DNA of 55,483 nt, counting the filler, from Circinaria calcarea (taxonomy: Eukaryota), in NCBI GenBank assembly GCA_051942165.1. It is 3 parts of 3 records of this genome, joined end to end, with 100 filler letters (N's around TTAATTAATTAA, not from the genome) between each part and the next. Parts side by side here need not be neighbours in the genome. Positions count along the whole stretch, not along the records: positions 1 to 18,478 come from JAVECS010000233.1; 2 more parts are not named here. The stretch is one strand, 5' to 3'. The notes under the pieces are model-generated. The model saw only the letters and a list, made by a program, of their open reading frames with translations, was not told the DNA's origin and did no database searches. Of this stretch, positions 1 through 12,037 are shown piece by piece (position 1 is the stretch's first letter; each line of letters begins with the position of its first letter). A program made the translations under genes and the position numbers.

Positions 1-1090
1 TGTTGGGGAGGGAGTGGAGGCAGAGGAAGGGGGCGGTGGGAATGGAGAAAACGGAAGAAACTGTAATGCGGGTCGTCGAGGAGGTGAAGGCGAAAGACAA
101 CGATGCCGGCTTGGAGGATGTGGCGCGGAAGCTGAACTGCATGGACCTGAGCGCAGAGCAGTGAAGTTTATGGCAGGGGTTCATGTGGTACCTATCGTGC
201 TTTTGCTTTTCTCTCCAGCCGAAAGATTTCGGTCAACGATAGTGCGCTTCTCGGGGTCTGTCTAGGAAGCGGGGGAAGAATACCGCCAAGCCAAAAACAT
301 GTCTGTCGTCCCTCCATACAGCCCTACACGGCCGCTCTCTGTTTCTGTTTTTTTCTCGGCCGGTTAGCTCAAGGGCTAGAGACTGGAAGATGAACATTTT
401 CTTCATCATCCTGCCGAATTCTATATCAAAACACCCATCCTCATCTCCAAATGTGTGGTTCCCTTCCCCCCTCTCCCTTGTATGCCCCGTGTTCCAAGTA
501 GAAACCACCCGCATTGTTGCAACGAACATTCATGGGGAGGAGTCTTCCCAACCACTGAAACATACAGTACATTGTGAGTCGATATCGAACTCCAAATCCA
601 AGCCATCGAAAGAAAGGAGGCGCTGGTTCGATGCAAAAAGGGAGAAGCCCAAGGGAGAAGAATTAAAGGGGTCGGGGGGAATGAATGGAATGGGATCTGT
701 GGCCCGATAACAAAGACATTTAGATATCCAACCTCCCTCCCTCAGCCGAGTCCCGAACCCTTGGGTAACTCGGTAGGGGAGTCGCGATCAAAGCACACCC
801 AAGGCCATGGGTGATATCCGACGCCTGGTGCGGAGGTGGATATCTCCTCGTCTACGATATTGAAGTTATTGAATGCCAGAAGCAGTACTGTACACGTGGA
901 GCAACCTAGAGGGTATCGGATACAAAAGATGTGGAACCGATCATGTTACAAACATCTGCCTAAATACAAGTCTATTCCGAATTCCAACAAACCAACGAAA
1001 CCCTTGACCGTATTAGTGCCGACTTTTCCCACTGCCTCTCCGCAATTGCACACACTTCCAAAAGCTACAGGAAAATGAGCGCTAAAGGCT

Positions 1091-2946
1091 TCACAGCAAA
1101 ACCATACCCGCACCGACCAGCGCTGCCATGACAACATAGAACCCCAGACTCAGCAGGCCGAAGTCGAAGCTCGGAACGGTGACCATGCCCGCGGCCCCGG
1201 TGGTCGTAGTAGCAGCCGAACCGCCGCTGACGCCGCCGGTTCCGCTGGGTTGAGAGGTAACGGTGCCGGTGCCGGCAGCTCCTCCGGCCTGACTGACTAG
1301 GGCATTACACTGGGTGGGAGCTGACGGAGATTGTGTTGTGGCGTTGCCGCCGAAGTCGCACGCGTTAGTATTAGCAGTGTTACTACGTGCTTGTTCTTCA
1401 TAGTACGCATTGAAAGCCCAAGAGAGCTGGTCTGCGGCCTGGCATCCCGAGTAGGCCCCGAAAGCTCCCGTGGTACCGTTGTTGGCAATCCCTGCACACA
1501 CGTTGTTTCCATTCGCTGGATCACACGCGGCGGCAAATAGCGCCGGGATGGCATCGGCGTCGATATTTGATCTCGCAACGCAAGTAAGGTTCTGGACCAT
1601 GCAGCTGCAAAGCTGCTGGTTCGGTGTAGGCGGGATGGCCGAAGCGGCAGACCAGGTTGAGCCAGTTGTGGGGCATGCTTGGGCAGCCGTATTACTGGGT
1701 GAGTACGCAGACATCTGAACGCCACTCGGGGTGACCTTGGCAATCTGGGTGGATAGCGCGGTGAAGTCTGGCAGCTTGCTCGCAGAGTTTCCACTGAGCG
1801 ATACAAGACCTTGCTGCGAGTGAGAATCGGGATTGGAACATGCAGGCTATCTTGCTTACCATAATTTCTCTCTGCTTGGAAGTATTCGTAGACAATTCCA
1901 CCAGACCAAACACCTGTCATTTGCGTGCTGAACAAGGCAATGGTCTCGTCCCAGACCCGCGGCGAGGGCTGATTACAGCCATACTCAGCAAAGAAGGCCG
2001 GGATGTTGTAGCTAGCAAACTCTCTGGTCCTATCGGCATAACCCGACTCCTCGAATGATGAATCAGATCCACACCACGAATAGATATTGTAACCGAAGAA
2101 ATCAATGCTGTCAGAAGCTGGGCCGCAATTTAGATAGGCTTTCAGGTCATCTCGAATGGCAGCGTCGTCATCGGCAGCATACCCAACACCAATCGCCCTA
2201 TAGTTTCTCCGGCTAATGTATGATTTCATGTCCCGGACCGCAGCCTTGACGAATGGAATGGCATCAACATTGGTGACATTATTGGACACCTCATTCCCAG
2301 CAAAGAATCCCAGAACGTTGTTGTAAGGCGCCAGGACGTCTATCACACTCGTATATCGACTATAGAGATCCACGTTCCACGAAGGGGTGTCTCGATTGAT
2401 TGAGATGTTCGGTGCTGACAGATCGGCAACGACGTATATACCGGCATCTTGAAGCATCCGCATGCATGGCTCGTGGTCTTTGGTTGGGTCGATGGCGTAT
2501 ACGCGTATGGTGTTCGTCCGAATCTGTTGAAGAAGAGGGATGTCACGGGTGCATCCGGCAACATCGGTCAATGGATCCACGAAATTGACATTCGCGCTCG
2601 ATGTACCATTGCCACCCACATCCTCTGGTTCTTGTCAGAAAGCAGGAGTGAGGTCGGAAAATGATATACTAACGCTGGTACGCAACCCCTCTGATGAAGC
2701 TGCGGAGGAGTCAGGACAAGAACGAGACGACGATAGGATGAACGATGGAACACTCACAATTCCGTGCCATTCGTCTTGTAGAAGAACTTTGAGCCCTAAG
2801 GTTTCTCTTGTGAGTATCGGTGTATCTGTCGCCAATATGCTGCGAGAACTGACTTTGATTACAATCGGATCCACGTCAGCCAGTACGGAAGAGAAAAAGA
2901 CCGAGGCGGCCGCAACGAGCGTCGAGGTGATACTAAGACTCCTCAT
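1091..2946 (-). CDS. GPI-anchored 1,3-beta-glucanosyltransferase, GH72 (Gas/Gel/Phr family) with Cys-rich X8/CBM43 domain
   Basis: Exons 2946-2854, 2795-2758, 2699-2674, 2624-1860, 1809-1091 join in frame via GT-AG introns. Signal peptide [25 protein letters not shown]72 motifs [27 protein letters not shown] (acid/base) and FFAEYGCN (nucleophile); Cys-rich domain, Ser/Thr/Gly tail and hydrophobic C-terminal GPI signal. Confidence 0.96.
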
Positions 2947-5264
2947 CTTGATGGGAGAGCTGGTGTGTAAGGAGGGTTGACGATGGCGCGGTGTGTTGCG
3001 CAAAGTGGAAGGATGTTGACACTGGCGCCAAGACCTTGAAAGCTAGAAGTCGTTGGTTGAGCTTCGATCAAAACGTAAAGGAGAGATGCAGATGGAAGCG
3101 AAAGTGGAGGATGGCAGCTACGAGGGAAAGGGGAAAGGGGAAAGTGGTGCTGGAAAGGGAAGGCGTTGAGGATTGACAAGCAGAGTGATGGCTTTTCCCC
3201 CGCGTGCCTGAGAATGAAATGAAATGCGGCTTGACTCGACAGCACAGATTATTATTATTATTAGGAATTCTTCAAACTTTAGGGGATGCTGGTCCGTGCC
3301 CCCAATCGTGCCCATGGAAGCAACGACAACCCGTTCCGGCGTCCGTTGCCCCTCAATGGCGAAGGACACGCAAGCTCGCGGTCGCGGCAGAAACGTGTCT
3401 CTCCACCCACTTTCCATTCTCTTGTTGCGACGAGCCTATTCTACATTTGCAGCGTCGGTCTAGATATTTTGGAGCTTAACAGGCCAGGTACGAGTTCCCA
3501 TCACGATTCGGTGGAGGGAAGCAAGTAGATGTACTGCATATTCTCGGTCACCATGATGTCAAAGTGGTTTCTTGATGGTTGTTCGGTGACACCGCCGCGT
3601 AATGCATTAAGGCATCCGTGTCCGGTCATGGCATGCACCCGTTATTCCTACCTACGGTGTATTTGATAACCGTAAATTACGGCAGCAAGTACATGCAATT
3701 GTTCGCAAAGGCAGATGGAGAGTTGGTATCTAGTACAGTAGTCGATCACCAAGCACACTGTGGTCGAGTTGAGTTGAAAAAGGATGCCTATATGGGTAGT
3801 AATACTCCGTCATGCTCATGTTAATTTCAAACGAAAATCTTCCGACGATGGTTCATTAGAGTCTCATCTGACTATGGCGATCGTTTGATCCAGGTATCTC
3901 GGGCCAAACCCGCATGCGGATGGTTTGCCACACTATTCTAGCCCTTCCCGTCTCAAGTGATGCTTGGTATGTTTTTCGCATAATGCTTACGGAAGTGAAA
4001 GCTTAGGTATGCTTCAAAGCACTGCCAAGAATACGTACCTGATGCAAGCTCGAGCGTGATTTTGGCTGTGCTGATCAGCAGCATATGGTCGATCATCTGT
4101 AGTCGGAGGAAAAGATATTCAAGAATAGCAACAACGGGCAGACAGAAATGAGTGGCGGCAAGGTGCGGTAGATCTGTCATTTATCCGGGTCAACCGTGGT
4201 CCCTATCTAGGTAGTGTTGAAAGAAAACGTTGATCATGCATGGGGGTGGTCGGCCTGATTTCGGTGGCCACAACCTCACCTCATAGTACTGATCGGCCAA
4301 TTTGGTTTATTTTTACACACCTAGACATTCCGGTGTGATGTACCGTACGGAAAAGCTCCATTCGCGTCGACTTTAGGTGCTTGGGCAGGTGGACACTGGG
4401 CAGAGAAATAAAACGCGGCTACTGTAGAGGTTTAGAGGGAAGCCACGTGAAGCAACTGACGATAAGAAGGCGCCTGGCTGGGTTCCAATTCATAAGGCAC
4501 TGAGTACGAGTGAAATCTATCGTCCATCGCGACTCCCGTTTGAACCATAACAAACGCAAGATAGTGTCCACACCCGTCCTGGCCACCACGACGGGGAAGG
4601 CGCAACGTATTTTCTGACCCTGGCGAATCAGCGTGGGCCAATTCATTCCATTCATCCCCCGGCGGAGCCAGTAGGATTGAGTTGGTCCCATCACTAGTCT
4701 GTATCAGGCTACCTCCGTTCTGGCCGGCGCTCTCGCTTCCCCTTTCTTGGATGAAGTCCTTCCAACTCCTCGCTTTTCACCTTCGACTTCTCATCTCCCA
4801 CGACATCCTCTTTCCCATCCTCACGTTCGTTACTTTGCCTCTTCACCTCAATCCATCAGCTCGATCTCGGTGCTGGTAATAGGTTTCACTCGCTGGAGGC
4901 TACCTGGGACGGCCAGTGCAGAGCGGGTGATAGGGTGCGGCAATCCAAAGGTCAAGGCGAGAAAGCCGGGTAGCTCGAGCAACCGCGCACTCGTTTGCTA
5001 TTCCTCTTTCCACTCTCGTTCCAAACCACCCAACAACCGCCGACTAAGCCGCCCTGACCATCACAATCCTCAAGGACGACACCTATTACTCCACCATCCA
5101 CTCAAGCAACTCCAGACATATTCCAAGGCTCGATCGGTTCGATTGCATTTGCCGTTCGCCCTTTTCGCTTGCACAGGCGCGCCGGCGACATTTTTATTCG
5201 CGTCATCACCGAACCGACCGTTTTCCCGCTTTCCACACCACAACCAGTAGACCGATTCTGGTGG

Positions 5265-5276
5265 ATGGATAAGTAA
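5265..5276 (+). promoter_or_regulatory. Candidate 3-codon uORF (ATG GAT AAG TAA) in the FKS1 leader, followed by a candidate 5'-UTR intron at 5279-5367
   Basis: ATGGATAAGTAA at 5265-5276, GTTAGT donor at 5279, CCTAAC branch point at 5350-5355, CAG acceptor at 5365-5367. Transcription start is unknown. Confidence 0.45.
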
Positions 5277-5446
5277 AAGTTAGTCATACCCATTCAGCTC
5301 ACTGTCGTCCAAAGATCTTCATTGCAGTGCGGGAGACGTTCTCTACGTACCTAACGCGACGTCTCAGGGTGCTTGTTAAAGTCTTTCTGAAGGCTGTCGA
5401 AACTTACGTTTGAAGAGTCATTAGAAGCTCCCAAGCATCCCTCATC

Positions 5447-8400
5447 ATGTCGGCTCACCCCCAAGGAGGGCATTACGAAGAGGGCTACGGCCAGCATCCC
5501 CAAGGGACGGACTCGTACTATCAGGATGAGCACAACCAGGGCTATTACGATCAGCATCAAGAGTACCAGCAACCCCAGCACGGCGGAGACGGCTACTACG
5601 ACGAATCGTAAGTATATACATGATAGTACGCTTTGCACGTTGCTGATCTGGAACAGTGGATACTACAATGCAGACGCGAATAATCCCTACCAGCAAGATG
5701 GAGGATATTATGAGGGCCAACACCCACAGGGCTATCAAGATGAATACTACAATGACCAATACTATGACCAAGGTGCTCCCGCTGCGGGTCAACAACCAGC
5801 ATATGGAAATAATGAGTACGCTGGAATAGAACTCATTCATTGATAGAGTTCCATGCTAACTGGTTGTAGTGCGAGGCCTAGGCGGCGAGGTCATGATCCC
5901 GAAGAGGACTCCGAAACTTTCAGTGACTTTACCATGAGATCTGACATGGCTCGTGCCGCTGAGATGGATTACTACGGCCGCGGCGACGAGCGATACAACA
6001 GCTACAACGAGGGACAAAATGGCCGAGCCTACAGGCCACCCTCGTCGCAGATCTCTTACGGAGGAAATCGATCATCCGGAGCATCGACTCCCGTCTATGG
6101 CATGGACTATGGCAATGTTCTTCCAGCTGGACAACGGTCAAGAGAGCCTTACCCTGCCTGGACATCTGACGCTCAGATTCCCCTCTCCAAAGAAGAGGTT
6201 GAAGATATCTTCCTGGATCTTACTGCGAAATTTGGATTCCAGCGAGACAGTATGAGGAACATGTACGATCACTTCATGACTCTGCTTGACTCCCGTGCAT
6301 CGCGTATGACACCAAATCAAGCCCTCCTTTCACTTCATGCCGATTACATTGGCGGTGACAATGCGAACTACCGGAGGTGGTATTTTGCCGCCCATCTTGA
6401 CCTCGATGACGCTGTCGGTTTTGCAAATATGAAGCTCGGAAAGGCCAACAGGAGAACTCGTAAGGCTCGTCGAGCTGCGAAGAAGAACCAAACAGTTACC
6501 CAAAACGAGGATCAAACACTCGAAAACCTTGAGGGTGACAATAGCCTTGAAGCTGCAGAGTATCGATGGAAATCTCGTATGAACCGTATGTCTCAGCACG
6601 ATCGAGTACGGCAAATAGCACTCTACCTTCTTTGCTGGGGAGAGGCAAATCAGGTCCGTTTCATGCCTGAATGTCTCTGTTTCATCTTCAAATGCGCATA
6701 TGACTACCTGATGTCCCCCGAGGGACAGAATAGAGTGGAACCTGTTGAAGAATTCACTTACCTAAATAATGTGATTACACCACTCTACCAGTATTTCCGG
6801 GATCAAGGCTTCGAGATCTCCGAAGGGAAGTATGTACGCCGAGAAAGAGACCACAGCAGTACTATTGGGTATGACGACATCAACCAGCTGTTTTGGTATC
6901 CAGAAGGAATCGAGCGGATAATCATGGAGGACAAGTCCAGAATTGTTGATATACCCCTTGCGCAGAGGTATCTAAAACTCAAGGACGTCGATTGGAAGAA
7001 AGTTTTCTTCAAAACTTACAAAGAATCACGATCCTGGTTTCACATGTTAATCAACTTTAACCGCATCTGGGTTATTCACGTCACAACCTTTTGGTTTTAT
7101 ACAGCCTTCAATTCTCCCACCTTCTACACTCCAAATTATCAACAGCAAATCGACAATAAACCGAGACCCGCCGCACAGTGGTCAGCGGTTGCTCTTGGAG
7201 GTACTATTGCTTCGCTAATTATGATTGGCGCAACACTTGCTGAATGGGCTTACGTTCCTCGGCGTTGGGCAGGAGCTCAACATCTTACCACGCGTCTTTT
7301 CTTCCTCTTGGCCGTCTTTGTGATCAACGTTGCTCCCAGCGTCTATATCTTTGGTGTTAAGGGCGGCCAAGGGAAAATTGGACATATTCTCGGGGTAGTC
7401 CAATTCTTTGTTGCGCTGGCTACGATGTTCTTTTTTGTCATCATGCCAATTGGTGGACTGTTCGGAAGCTATTTGACGAAGAACTCCCGTCGATACGTCG
7501 CCAGTCAAACATTCACAGCTAGCTGGCCTCGTCTCCAAGGAAACGACAAGTGGATGTCATACGGCCTGTGGGTATTAGTCTTTGCACTTAAGCTCATCGA
7601 GTCATATTTCTTCTTGACGCTATCAATCAGGGACCCTATTAGGATCTTGTCGACCATGAGGATCCGGAATTGTGTTGGCGATCAAATCCTCAAGCAGTAC
7701 CTCTGCAAGTATCAGCCTCAGATCCTACTGGGTGTGATGATTGTCGTCGACCTCTTGCTGTTCTTTCTCGACACATACCTCTGGTACATCATCTGGAATA
7801 CCGTGTTTTCAGTGGCGCGCTCTTTTTACCTCGGTGTTTCGATCTGGACTCCATGGAGAAATATCTTCTCCCGACTACCAAAACGCATATACTCGAAGGT
7901 CCTCGCCACAACCGACATGGAGATCAAGTACAAACCCAAGGTCCTGATATCGCAGATTTGGAATGCGATTGTGATTTCCATGTACAGAGAACATCTTCTA
8001 GCGATCGATCATGTCCAGAAGTTGCTCTATCACCAGGTTCCATCAGAGCAAGAGGGTAAAAGGACTCTGCGTGCCCCGACTTTTTTCGTATCTCAGGAGG
8101 ACCACTCTTTCAAGACCGAGTTTTTCCCAGTACAGAGTGAAGCGGAGCGCCGTATCTCTTTCTTTGCTCAGTCTCTGTCTACGCCCATTCCTGAGCCACT
8201 ACCAGTTGATAATATGCCAACGTTTACTGTCCTGATCCCTCACTACGGGGAGAAGATTTTGCTATCTCTCCGAGAAATCATTCGTGAGGATGAACCATAC
8301 TCTCGTGTTACCCTCTTGGAATATTTGAAACAATTGCATCCTCACGAGTGGGACTGTTTTGTTAAGGACACAAAGATCCTTGCAGACGAAACTTCTCAAT

Positions 8401-11359
8401 TCAACGGCGATTACGAGAAGAACGAGAAAGATACCGCCAAAAGCAAGATTGACGATCTTCCATTTTACTGCATTGGGTTCAAGTCTGCCGCTCCGGAGTA
8501 CACCTTACGTACCAGAATTTGGGCTTCTCTCCGCTCGCAGACGCTCTATCGTACCATCTCAGGATTTATGAATTACAGCCGTGCAATTAAACTACTCTAC
8601 CGTGTCGAGAATCCCGAGGTCGTGCAGATGTTTGGTGGAAACTCTGATAAGTTGGAACGTGAACTCGAGCGCATGGCTCGTCGTAAATTTAAGATAGTCG
8701 TTTCGATGCAGCGGTACGCGAAGTTCAACAAAGAAGAACGAGAAAATACTGAATTCTTACTTCGTGCATATCCTGATTTGCAAATCGCTTACCTGGATGA
8801 GGAGCCACCAATCAACGAAGGGGAAGAACCTCGTATATATTCGGCTCTGATCGATGGCCACTCAGAAATCATGGAAAATAGCATGCGCAGACCCAAATTC
8901 CGCGTTCAGCTCTCTGGGAACCCTATACTTGGTGACGGAAAATCGGACAATCAAAATCATTCAATAATCTTCTACCGTGGCGAATACATCCAGCTCATCG
9001 ATGCAAATCAAGACAACTACCTCGAAGAGTGTCTTAAGATTCGCAGTGTCCTTGCGGAATTTGAAGAGATGACAACGGACAACATTTCGCCCTATACACC
9101 CGGGCTTCCTCCTGTCAAAACCAACCCTGTGGCAATTTTGGGTGCTCGCGAATACATCTTCTCGGAGAATATCGGTATCCTTGGCGATGTTGCTGCTGGA
9201 AAGGAGCAAACATTTGGAACCTTGTTTGCGCGAACCCTTGCACAAATTGGCGGAAAGCTCCATTATGGACATCCCGACTTCCTCAATGGTATCTTCATGA
9301 CTACGCGTGGTGGCGTCTCCAAAGCACAGAAGGGTCTGCATCTGAACGAAGATATCTATGCGGGGATGAACGCATTGCTCCGTGGTGGTCGTATCAAACA
9401 TTGCGAGTATTACCAGTGCGGCAAGGGTCGTGACCTCGGTTTTGGATCTATCCTCAACTTCACCACGAAGATTGGTACTGGTATGGGCGAGCAAATGCTC
9501 TCTCGTGAATATTACTATCTCGGGACTCAACTTCCTTTGGACCGGTTCTTGTCTTTCTACTACGCTCACCCCGGTTTCCATATCAACAACCTTTTCATCA
9601 TTCTCGCCGTTCAGTTGCTGCTATTGACACTCATCCACCTGGGGGCACTCCGCCACGAAACAATCCTCTGCTTCTACAATAGGAATGCACCAATCACTGA
9701 TCCCTTGAAGCCTACTGGGTGCGCTAATCTGGCACCAATCCTTGACTGGGTTTTTCGCTCAGTGCTCTCCGTCTTTATCGTGTTCTTCATTGCCTTTGTT
9801 CCTTTGGTCGTACAGGAATTGACCGAGAGAGGCTTTTGGCGCGCCGCGACTCGATTGGGAAAACACTTTGCCTCTTTCTCGCCGCTCTTCGAAGTCTTCG
9901 TCTGCCAAATCTACGCCAATTCTTTACATCAAGATTTGTCCTTTGGTGGTGCACGCTATATTGGCACCGGCCGTGGGTTCGCGACTGCTCGTATCCCGTT
10001 CGGTGTATTATATTCGCGATTTGCAGGACCGTCAATATATCTCGGAGCACGACTGGTGATGATGCTGCTCTTTGCAACCCTTACAATTTGGGGAGTGGAG
10101 CTACTCTACTTCTGGGTTTCCCTGCTCGCATTTTGCGTTTCCCCCTTCCTTTTCAATCCGCATCAATTTGCCTGGAACGATTTCTTCATCGATTACCGTG
10201 ACTACTTGAGATGGTTGTCTCGTGGCAACTCTCGGTCGCACGCCTCGTCTTGGATAGCATTCTGTCGATTGTCCAGAACTCGGATCACCGGATACAAACG
10301 CAAGGCGATTGGGGAACCGTCTTCGAAGCTCTCTGGTGATGTGCCGCGTGCTCACTTTACCAACCTTTTCTTCAGCGAGGTTATCGGCCCGCTGATCTAC
10401 GTGGCATTAACCATCATACCGTATCTTTACATCAATGCCCAAACCGGAGTCACGCCAGAGGATAATAGAGGCAAAAAAATAGAACCTACAAACTCTCTTA
10501 TCCGAGTTGCCGCTGTCGCCTTTGCACCAATAGCTATCAACGCCGGTGTACTACTGGGGTTCTTTGCCATGGCTTGCTGCATGGGTCCACTTTTAAGCAT
10601 GTGTTGCAAAAAATTCGGCAGTGTCTTGGCCGCTATAGCTCATGGGATATCAGTGGTAATGATGCTTGCCTTTTTTGAGGTTATGTTTTTCCTCGAAGGA
10701 TTCAACTTCGCCAAAGCTCTTCTCGGGATGATAGCTGTTGTGGCCTTGCAGCGCTTCATCTTCAAGTTATTGATAGCACTTGCACTCACCCGTGAATTCA
10801 AGACAGATTCATCGAATATAGCTTGGTGGACCGGCAAGTGGTACAACATGGGTTGGCACTCCATGTCTCAACCGGGGCGAGAATTCGTGTGCAAGATCAC
10901 CGAACTTGGCTTTTTTGCGGGTGACTTCATTCTCGGGCATATTCTCCTCTTCGTTATGTTACCCGTGCTCGTTATTCCATACATCGACAAGTTCCACTCT
11001 GTTATGCTCTTCTGGCTACGTCCAAGGTACGTTCGCGCCACACCCTTTAATGATTATGCTAATACATATACAGCCGGCAAATCCGACCCCCCATTTACTC
11101 TTTGAAGCAATCAAAGCTTCGAAAAAGAAGAGTCATTCGCTCCGCAATGCTTTACTTCTTGATGCTCATAATTTTCGTGGCGTTGATTGCAGGGCCCTTG
11201 GTTGCGGGCAAATACGTTCCAAATATCTCGATACCACTCAATCTTCAGCAGCCTACCGGATTGAACAACAACGACACATTCACCAGTGTTACAGGGAGTG
11301 CTCTAAACGGTCTTGGAGGAAAAGGAACTGCTGCTGCTACAAGATCATCTTCTTCGTAA
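5447..11359 (+). CDS. FKS1: 1,3-beta-glucan synthase catalytic subunit (GT48), about 1920 aa
   Basis: Exons 5447-5607, 5657-5815, 5870-11026, 11074-11359. Tyr/Gln-rich N-terminus; signature motifs [74 protein letters not shown]; many TM helices. Confidence 0.99.
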
Positions 11360-12028
11360 GCGTTGGAGAATCATGATTAGTATCCTGGCGGTGGCGATAC
11401 ATAATGTACAGATACTATGATCGAAATAGACGAGCATGTCGCCACATATGGCCGACGTCTAATGGTTAGCGACCAAACACGCCATGGTCTCAGTCTTTTG
11501 TCGCGGTTTGCCACACGGTGTATGGATTAGACACAGGCATGGCTATGCATGGTTTTGTTGGTAACCTAGCACACTGTTCTCGTTGAGCCAAGCACGCATT
11601 GTGCCGCGTTTGGGAGTTGTCTTTTCACGCCTCTTGTTTCTGGCTTTAAGGCGTGCACACGTAGGGATTTCAGTTAGTCATCCTGTATGTATGTTGTGGG
11701 CAACTGAATAAATAGTCCATTCATATTATCAGAAGCTGCTGTGCAAGCATGGCCTTTTCGCTTTCACGAGCAAGCAATGGTTACAGGCCTGCCATCCAGG
11801 ATTTCCCGGCATCTTGACGTTAGCTGTAGTTGACGTCCAGAGATCCCTTCGATACAAAGGATGCCTGTAACTCTGTGGTCAGAACCTAAAACGGTGAACA
11901 TTACAGCCTTCGTAAATCATTTGTGTAGCAATTCTGGTGTTGCCGCGTCCCTTTGTCACTAGATGGTCAACCAATCACACGTCTCGTAAAAATATGGGCC
12001 AAATTCCCGACTCGTTCAACATTATACC

Positions 12029-12037
12029 ATGGCATAA
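12029..12037 (+). promoter_or_regulatory. Minimal uORF ATG-GCA-TAA whose stop overlaps the LCB1 start (TAATG)
   Basis: ACC ATG GCA TAA TG at 12026-12039. The upstream ATG is in a strong ACCATGG context and out of frame with LCB1. Confidence 0.55.

Noticed and set aside
1..710. Short ORFs at the window start and an open minus-strand frame running off the left edge
   Set aside because: No recognisable protein. The purine/pyrimidine skew suggests the promoter or 5' UTR of a minus-strand gene outside the window, which cannot be called.
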